Shown in pieces: positions 26,491 through 32,000 of a DNA stretch of 32,000 bases. The DNA comes from Nitrosarchaeum sp. (lineage in GTDB: Archaea; Thermoproteota; Nitrososphaeria; Nitrososphaerales; Nitrosopumilaceae): NCBI GenBank assembly GCA_002737445.1, contig NSIR01000003.1, positions 32,719-64,718 of the forward strand. Reading direction: 5' to 3'. Every line of letters starts with the position of its first letter. Position 1 is the first letter of the stretch. The notes beneath the pieces were generated by a model. It was not told where the DNA came from, did not search any database, and saw only the letters and a list, made by a program, of their open reading frames with translations. Made by a program: the position numbers and the translations under genes.

Positions 26491-27456
26491 TTATTTCTCA
26501 GAAAATGTCTCTGTAAATAATTTAAAAGAATCCATTACATCTCCAACTGGATTGAATTGCATTGTGGGTAAATCTATTCCTGTTTCACGAAACTTTTGCA
26601 ATTGTGTGAGGCATTGCTCAGGAGTACCTGCAATTGTTAGTGATTTTAGCATACTATCTGGAATTAGTTGATGATTTGATTTAAATCCAGATATTTTGAA
26701 TTCATCAAAAATATTTTTGGTTTCAGTTTGAAATCCATTTTTTGATAAAAATTCCCGATATACTTTTCCAACTGAAATATAAAATGCAAGTGTTTGTTTA
26801 GCACGTGTTATGGCAATTTCTGAATCATGAGAAACACAACTTATAATTTGACATGTAATGTCTATTTTTCTTTTGGATTGCATTTTTTGTATAGTTTTTT
26901 TCATTTCATTTAATGGTCTCAAGTAAAAAATTACTCCATCTGAAATCTCCCATGCTAAATCTACCATTTTTTGATTTACTGCAGCTAGATAAATTGGAAT
27001 TTTCTCTCTTTGCGGCTTTATTAGTAGTGTGAAATTTTTTAATTGGAAACTTTTTCCTGAATAATTTACTTGCTTTCCAGATAATGTTAATCGGATAATC
27101 TCAATGTATTCTTTCATTCTTAAAACTGGATTTTCAAATTTGTATCCGTGAAAATCCTCCACTATTGGAGCACTACTTGTTCCAAGACCTAGTATCAATC
27201 TTCCATTTGATAGAGTATCTACTGTCGCAGCACCCATTGCAATTGCAGATGGACTTCGAGAATAGATGTTAATTATAGATGAGCCTATTTTTGGTTTTGA
27301 TGCTTTTTGTGATACCATGCACAACATTGAAAAATTCTCCATTCCCCATGTTTCTGGAATCCAAATTGTATCTGTGTTAGTATGAGATAATATTTCTGAG
27401 CACTCTAAAACTTGATTTATTGTAAGAAGTGAGCCTAAACTATATGCTACTCGCAT
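26491..27456 (-). CDS. luciferase-like monooxygenase (LLM) class flavin/F420-dependent oxidoreductase
   Basis: TIM-barrel LLM pattern (DTIWIPETWGMENFSML..., GRLILGLGTSS, PIYLAAVNQKMVDLAWEISDGVI). Its stop is 1 nt from the thiolase start. Confidence 0.75.
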   Translation of the reverse strand: MRVAYSLGSLLTINQVLECSEILSHTNTDTIWIPETWGMENFSMLCMVSQKASKPKIGSSIINIYSRSPSAIAMGAATVDTLSNGRLILGLGTSSAPIVEDFHGYKFENPVLRMKEYIEIIRLTLSGKQVNYSGKSFQLKNFTLLIKPQREKIPIYLAAVNQKMVDLAWEISDGVIFYLRPLNEMKKTIQKMQSKRKIDITCQIISCVSHDSEIAITRAKQTLAFYISVGKVYREFLSKNGFQTETKNIFDEFKISGFKSNHQLIPDSMLKSLTIAGTPEQCLTQLQKFRETGIDLPTMQFNPVGDVMDSFKLFTETFSEK

Positions 27457-27494
27457 AGACTAGCTGTAACTCTTGGATATTCTAGTGTTTCCGA

Positions 27495-27537
27495 AATTGA
27501 ATTTATGACTAATTTAATTTATGACTAATTTAATTTA
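27495..27537. repeat. 16-bp tandem repeat tttatgactaatttaa x2 with degenerate partial copies on both sides
   Basis: Read directly: 27502-27517 is identical to 27518-27533. A partial ttta follows, and aattgaa precedes with 1 mismatch. It lies 39-81 nt upstream of the LLM start codon. Confidence 0.8.
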
Positions 27538-27736
27538 GGATAATTTTTGTTTAATTCAAAATTTATAATTGTAATTAAAAAATCATTTTTCATCTACAAT
27601 AACGTCTAAAAATTCTTTTTTAGCAATTAGGCACAAAAATCATCTAAATAGTACCAAAATTAGTGAAATCTTTTAGCATTATGTTAATTTTCATTGATGT
27701 TGAATATTATCTCAACAATTCTTTAATTCAAATTAT

Positions 27737-27886
27737 ATGGATCTACAAAGCAATACTGAAATTTCAAGTGCAAAAAGTACTTTTTGGGTAAATGCCACAA
27801 AATACACCTCTTCTACAAACCATGATGAATCATTTGTAAATGAAATTGCATACATGATGGTAACTCTGCACAGAACCGGTGCATAG
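27737..27886 (+). CDS. possible 49-aa ORF, unknown
   Basis: Manual translation gives MDLQSNTEISSAKSTFWVNATKYTSSTNHDESFVNEIAYMMVTLHRTGA. It is the only sizeable frame in a 440-bp spacer. No other support. Confidence 0.2.
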   Translation: MDLQSNTEISSAKSTFWVNATKYTSSTNHDESFVNEIAYMMVTLHRTGA

Positions 27887-27896
27887 ATTAAATTTT

Positions 27897-28562
27897 TTAT
27901 TTATTATTTAATTTGAGTGTACATTCTTCAATATCTTTAAACGAATCAATTGAATGCCACAGTACATTTTTGAATTTAATTGTAGTTAGTTTTCCTTTTT
28001 TTGCATATTCTTGGAAAACCGTTTTTTCTATATCTCCTTTTTTAGGTAAATCTTTTAATGTATTTTTTTCCAAATGATAAATTCCCGCATTCATCCAAAC
28101 ATTTGAAACATCTTTTTTTTCATTAAATTTAGTTATGTTTTCTTCATTTGTATCTATAATTCCAAATTTTGTTCTTAATTCAATTGATGCAATACAATTT
28201 TGTTTTTTTGCTAATTGATTTAGATTGATATCTGTTATCACATCTCCATTTATAACAAAAAATGATTTATCTTTAATTAGCAATCCCGCGTGTTTTATAG
28301 CCCCTCCAGTACCTAATGGTGTTTTTTCAATTGAAAATCTGATTTTAACCCCAAAATTTTTTTTATTAGCTAGAAAATTCTCGATCATCTCTGTTTTATA
28401 ACCTGAACAAATAATAATTTCATTTATTTTGAATTTTTTTAAATATTTTATTTGCCATTCGATAATTGGAATATTTTTTAAAGGAACTAGTGATTTTGGA
28501 ACATAGTCTGTAACAGGGTGTAAACGCTTACCTCTACCGCCTGCCAAAATTATTGCTTTCAT
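27897..28562 (-). CDS. sugar-phosphate nucleotidyltransferase (NDP-sugar pyrophosphorylase family)
   Basis: The N-terminal MKAIILAGGRGKRLHPVTDYVPKSLVPL matches the GGxGxRLxPxT...PK signature. 221 aa. Sugar specificity cannot be determined. Confidence 0.85.
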   Translation of the reverse strand: MKAIILAGGRGKRLHPVTDYVPKSLVPLKNIPIIEWQIKYLKKFKINEIIICSGYKTEMIENFLANKKNFGVKIRFSIEKTPLGTGGAIKHAGLLIKDKSFFVINGDVITDINLNQLAKKQNCIASIELRTKFGIIDTNEENITKFNEKKDVSNVWMNAGIYHLEKNTLKDLPKKGDIEKTVFQEYAKKGKLTTIKFKNVLWHSIDSFKDIEECTLKLNNK

Positions 28563-28825
28563 TAAACTATCAGTGATAATCTCACATTATAACTTTAATT
28601 AGATTTTATGATATCTTGATTTAACATTAAACAATTAAAGTATTTTATGCGCTTTGATCACGTTTCTTTTTACAAATTCCACAAAAAAGGTATCCATCTT
28701 TATGTCTAATCCAATAATGACTGGTATGCTTTTTTGATTCATCCATTCCTTTTAGATAATTTAAAACGTTTAGAGTATTTTTATCATTCCCAATTCTATT
28801 TTTTACAATTTAACTACAAAATTAT

Positions 28826-29353
28826 TTAAAAAATATCTAGTGTTGATACTCCAAAATAATATCCAATACTAGTAAGGGCTATGCTCCATGTACAAGAGCC
28901 AATTACTGTATAAATAATAAATTTTATTGGATTCATATTGAAAATTCCTGCCGGAATAGATATAATTTCTCTAACTCCTGGAATTACTCTGCCAATAACT
29001 ACTGATTTATCCCCATACTTTTCAAACCAATGATCTGCTTTTTGCAATGTACTTTCTTTAATTTTAGCATATTTTAGATATTTTATCAATCCCAATCTAC
29101 CTAGTTTTTTAGATATAATGTAAATGATACATGCCCCTAAAGTAGAGCCACAACCTCCAACTATTCCGACACTTATAATATGAAATACATTCATTTGATT
29201 TTTTAATATAACATATCCTGCCAATGGAAATACAATTTCACTTGGAATTGGTGGAAATACAGTTTCAATTAAAGCTGTTAGAAATATGCCTGGATACAAA
29301 TTTTCAGAAATTAATGATACTATCCATTGAATTAATGCGTCAATTTCACTCAA
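28826..29353 (-). CDS. DedA family membrane protein
   Basis: ALIETVFPPIPSEIVFPLAGY and FEKYGDKSVVIGRVIPGVREIISIPAG match the two DedA re-entrant motifs. TTG start. Confidence 0.8.
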   Translation of the reverse strand: MSEIDALIQWIVSLISENLYPGIFLTALIETVFPPIPSEIVFPLAGYVILKNQMNVFHIISVGIVGGCGSTLGACIIYIISKKLGRLGLIKYLKYAKIKESTLQKADHWFEKYGDKSVVIGRVIPGVREIISIPAGIFNMNPIKFIIYTVIGSCTWSIALTSIGYYFGVSTLDIF

Positions 29354-29354
29354 A

Positions 29355-29480
29355 TTATTTTTCTTCCGTCATATAGTAATGCAATTCTGTATAACATTCT
29401 GTACAATATTCTTGATCATTTGTGTGATCACAGTCATACACTTTTGATACATCATTATTGCATTTTGCACAAATTGGCAT
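29355..29480 (-). CDS. possible 41-aa zinc-ribbon micro-protein
   Basis: Manual translation gives MPICAKCNNDVSKVYDCDHTNDQEYCTECYTELHYYMTEEK (CxxC...CxxC). It fits exactly between the stop of the upstream membrane-protein gene (29483) and the DedA start (29353). Confidence 0.45.
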   Translation of the reverse strand: MPICAKCNNDVSKVYDCDHTNDQEYCTECYTELHYYMTEEK

Positions 29481-29482
29481 TT

Positions 29483-29875
29483 CTAAGATACACTGGATTT
29501 TGATTTTCTTATTTTTATAATTCCTAAAATTATAATTATTACTCCAATAAAAGTAATGCTTCCTCCTTCACCTATCACTCTAGAGAAATTTTGTGTTTGA
29601 TTTGCACTAGTTATGGACATAATTCCTCCAACAAGAATCAAAATTCCTGTAATGATTAGCATTATTCCCAATACTTTGTATGGTGGTTTTTTAGATATGA
29701 AAAACGCAATTATAGATAAAATAATTGGCGGAAATCCAAATGCAATTCCACGGGTCATGGCATTAAATGGTAAAAACCCATCTTCAACACCGCTACCTAC
29801 AATCACATCTAGACCATATATGACAAGCAATATTATTGAAATTCCTAGAATTACATGGCCAAGTGTGATTGACAT
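29483..29875 (-). CDS. hypothetical integral membrane protein (about four TM helices, 130 aa)
   Basis: Four long hydrophobic segments and a basic C-terminus (IKIRKSKSSVS). No family recognised. Confidence 0.6.
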   Translation of the reverse strand: MSITLGHVILGISIILLVIYGLDVIVGSGVEDGFLPFNAMTRGIAFGFPPIILSIIAFFISKKPPYKVLGIMLIITGILILVGGIMSITSANQTQNFSRVIGEGGSITFIGVIIIILGIIKIRKSKSSVS

Positions 29876-29927
29876 GCTTGAAATTCCTTGTTGATATTTA
29901 ATAAACCTATTATGATAATTTTGTTTT

Positions 29928-31070
29928 TTATAGAGGATTTACAGATACTTTGTCTTTGAGAATAGATACTTTTTTTAATAATTCTTCTATAGTTTCGTCT
30001 TTTTTACCTATCAGATTAAAATGTCCTAATTTTCTTAATGGCTTTGAAATCTTTTTACCATACATTTTTAGAAAAACATTTTCCTCAATTAATTTTATTT
30101 CTTTATATTCGCCCTCGAAATTTTTTGAGCCCAAAATATTGTACATGATGGTTGGATGTAAAAGGTCTGTATTTCCTAATTCTAAACCTAAAATTGCTCG
30201 TAAATGTTGTTCAAATTGAGATACTGGGCTTGATTGCAATGTATGGTGACCTGAATTGTGCACTCTTGGCGCAATTTCATTTATTACAATTTCATCATTT
30301 TCAGTAACAAACATTTCGATTCCAAAAATACCTGCCCCCTTTAGAACATCCATTGTAGTTTTTGCTATTTCTTCGGCTTTTTTTGCTATTATTTTAGATA
30401 TTCTTGCAGGGGCTATTGTTTGACGAAGAATATTATCCTCATGAATATTTTCAACTAGTGGAAATATTTTAATTTCACCTTTGGTATTTCTTGCAGCAAT
30501 AATTGATACCTCCATTTTGAATTGAATGAATTTTTCAAGCATTAATTTTTTTCCATTAAAATAATCAAATGCTTTTTGAATTTGTTTTACTGAATCTATT
30601 TTGTAATTGCCTCTTCCATCATATGCATCACGTCTTGCTTTTAGTAATGCCGGATACCCAAATTTCTTTAGTCCCAATTCTAAATCTGTTATAGAATCTA
30701 TTTTGATAAATTCTGGAACATGTATATTATTTTTTAACAAAAATGTTTTTTGTAAAAATTTATCTTGAATAATTTCCAATGTCTCGGGGGATGGATTTAC
30801 TTCTGCATCTTTTTCAACTAGTTTTAATATTTGACTATCTCCAGATTCAATTTCATATGTGATTATATCTGATCTTTTTGCAAGTTCTATGATTGCCTTT
30901 TTATCTTTAAAATCTGCAATTATTTGCTCAGCACCAGCTAATGATGCGGGACAATTTTGAATTGGATCTAAAACTATGATTTTTGAAATATGCTCTGGCA
31001 TTTTCTTTGCAGCCTCCACAATCATCATCCCAAGTTGACCTCCTCCTATGATTCCAAGTATTTTACTCAT
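29928..31070 (-). CDS. purK: N5-carboxyaminoimidazole ribonucleotide synthase (ATP-grasp)
   Basis: ILGIIGGGQLGMM N-terminus and an ATP-grasp core (YPALLKARRDAYDGRGNYKI, NEIAPRVHNSGH). It is divergent from purE. Confidence 0.9.
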   Translation of the reverse strand: MSKILGIIGGGQLGMMIVEAAKKMPEHISKIIVLDPIQNCPASLAGAEQIIADFKDKKAIIELAKRSDIITYEIESGDSQILKLVEKDAEVNPSPETLEIIQDKFLQKTFLLKNNIHVPEFIKIDSITDLELGLKKFGYPALLKARRDAYDGRGNYKIDSVKQIQKAFDYFNGKKLMLEKFIQFKMEVSIIAARNTKGEIKIFPLVENIHEDNILRQTIAPARISKIIAKKAEEIAKTTMDVLKGAGIFGIEMFVTENDEIVINEIAPRVHNSGHHTLQSSPVSQFEQHLRAILGLELGNTDLLHPTIMYNILGSKNFEGEYKEIKLIEENVFLKMYGKKISKPLRKLGHFNLIGKKDETIEELLKKVSILKDKVSVNPL

Positions 31071-31191
31071 AGTATTTTTTACAATTCACGATTAAAAAAA
31101 TCTAATGTAAATTATTTTGAATCAATGTCGTATTTTAGCCATTATAGATAATAACATGATTCATTTTTCTATTCTTATGAGATACTCAAAC

Positions 31192-31752
31192 ATGCCTCTG
31201 ATTGGAATTATTATGGGTTCAAGTTCAGATAGCAGAATTATGAAAGATGCCGCAGAGATATTGGATAAATTCAAAATTAAGCATGAAGATCAAATAATAT
31301 CTGCACATAGAACGCCTACACGATTGGAGGAATATGCAAAACATGCAGAAAAAATGGGATTTAAAATAATAATTGCAGGGGCTGGTGGTGCTGCACATTT
31401 ACCAGGAATGATTGCATCGCATACAATAATTCCAGTCATAGGGGTACCAATTATGGTGTATAACGATAAACAATTAAAAAAATCAGATAATTCCAAATTT
31501 TCGTCTTTTGGTGGACTAGACTCACTTCTTTCCATTTCAGAAATGCCCTCAGGTTCATCAGTTGTAGCAGTTGGAATAAACAAGGCAGGTAATGCCGGAA
31601 TGTATGCGATAAAAATTTTATCAAATGAATTTCCTGAATTAAAAAAGAAGTTAAAACTATACAAATCTGATCAACATCAAACAATAGTTAAAGAATCTGA
31701 AAATCTAAAAAAATATGGTCTACGTAAATTTGTGGAAAAAAAATTCAAATAA
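31192..31752 (+). CDS. purE: N5-carboxyaminoimidazole ribonucleotide mutase (class I PurE)
   Basis: IGIIMGSSSDSRIM, SAHRTPTRL and the class I signature AGGAAHLPGM. The track ORF begins at 31117, but the conserved N-terminus begins at ATG 31192. Confidence 0.9.
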   Translation: MPLIGIIMGSSSDSRIMKDAAEILDKFKIKHEDQIISAHRTPTRLEEYAKHAEKMGFKIIIAGAGGAAHLPGMIASHTIIPVIGVPIMVYNDKQLKKSDNSKFSSFGGLDSLLSISEMPSGSSVVAVGINKAGNAGMYAIKILSNEFPELKKKLKLYKSDQHQTIVKESENLKKYGLRKFVEKKFK

Positions 31753-31754
31753 AT

Positions 31755-32000
31755 TTATGTCATTAATGTAAAATTAACATTTTTCTTTTTTAATTCATCA
31801 ATTAATTTATCGGATTGCTCAATTCCTTGTATTTCTAAACTTAATGTGACACTTGCAGAGCCTGCATTAATGTTTGAACTTAATCTATCATGTACTACTT
31901 CAACAATGTTTGCATTAGCTGTACTAATTATGTCAACTATTTCTTTAAATGCCCCTGGTCTATCTGGCAATAAAATAGATAATTTTAGTAAACGCCCCAT
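31755..32000 (-). CDS. C-terminal ACT-like regulatory domain of a larger protein, possibly threonine ammonia-lyase (partial; 5' end off-window)
   Basis: LSILLPDRPGAFKEIVDIISTANANIVEVVHDR resembles the ACT-like C-terminus of short-form threonine dehydratases. The frame is open to the window edge. Confidence 0.5.
   Translation of the reverse strand: MGRLLKLSILLPDRPGAFKEIVDIISTANANIVEVVHDRLSSNINAGSASVTLSLEIQGIEQSDKLIDELKKKNVNFTLMT

Noticed and set aside
27495-27537. The tandem 16-bp repeat as a CRISPR array or mobile-element terminal repeat.
   Set aside because: There are only two exact contiguous units with no spacers. No cas genes or transposase/integrase genes are present, and no matching inverted copy was seen elsewhere in the window.
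28645-28746. A 33-aa minus-strand frame (MDESKKHTSHYWIRHKDGYLFCGICKKKRDQSA) in the nucleotidyltransferase/DedA spacer.
   Set aside because: It has only one CxxC, no tight coupling to a neighbouring gene and no other support. It is too weak to list as a feature.
31117-31191. A 25-codon N-terminal extension of purE suggested by the longest ORF.
   Set aside because: The conserved PurE N-terminus (PLIGIIMGSSSD) starts right after ATG 31192. The upstream codons (MNQCRILAIIDNNMIHFSILMRYSN) have no counterpart in PurE and would consume the purK/purE divergent promoter region.
1051-31684. Other antisense track ORFs nested inside strong genes. Examples are 1051-1359, 1787-2038, 2121-2354, 2424-2804, 3962-4150, 4099-4512, 7362-7580, 8389-8583, 9431-9709, 11928-12155, 13709-13912, 14243-14536, 15967-16233, 16384-16584, 18469-18651, 18853-19071, 19151-19441, 20039-20221, 20465-21412, 23760-24047, 25273-25512, 25585-26671, 29613-30219 and 31290-31684.
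   Set aside because: Each overlaps, on the opposite strand or out of frame, a gene with clear family signatures or better context. Their products are compositionally biased and match no family I recognise.
1-32000. A search for tRNA or rRNA genes, CRISPR arrays, transposases, integrases and prophage-like content.
   Set aside because: I saw no GC-rich structured islands in the spacers, no spaced repeat arrays and no recombinase-like ORFs. By-eye scanning cannot exclude small ncRNAs; tRNAscan/Infernal would be decisive.

Overview
The window is a visibly AT-rich, very compact archaeal chromosome segment. Gene content and order suggest a Nitrosopumilus-like ammonia-oxidising thaumarchaeon; that assignment is inference only. 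It contains:

- **1-7.7 kb, minus strand:** the large ribosomal-protein cluster, running S4e (partial) back through L24, L14, S17, Rpp29, L29, S3, L22, S19, L23, L4 and L3. Upstream of it lie a SPOUT-like gene and proteasome alpha. rpl2 is absent from its canonical slot.
- **7.7-10.5 kb:** a looser stretch with a DUF371-like gene, an orphan basic protein, a CdvB/ESCRT-III paralog and several possible single-helix micro-ORFs.
- **10.5-14.9 kb:** a biotin cluster, with bioF, bioB and bioA on the minus strand and bioD divergent.
- **14.9-21.7 kb:** a long-form HMG-CoA synthase translationally coupled to an orphan ORF, then a DsbA-like protein, archaeal GAPDH, a CNNM/CorC transporter and threonine synthase.
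- **21.8-25.1 kb:** the least explained block. It holds a helical orphan, two convergent cysteine-rich micro-ORFs, two acidic orphans, an Hjc-like PD-(D/E)xK nuclease and a class I methyltransferase with an unknown N-terminal domain.
- **25.1-32.0 kb:** an LLM oxidoreductase-thiolase-DUF35 operon, an NDP-sugar pyrophosphorylase, a membrane protein/zinc-ribbon/DedA set, divergent purK and purE, and a partial ACT-domain gene.

I recognised no rRNA, tRNA, CRISPR array, transposase or integrase. No canonical defence or mobile system is evident. The candidates for something undescribed are small and speculative, and every functional idea attached to them needs database and structure searches that I could not run.
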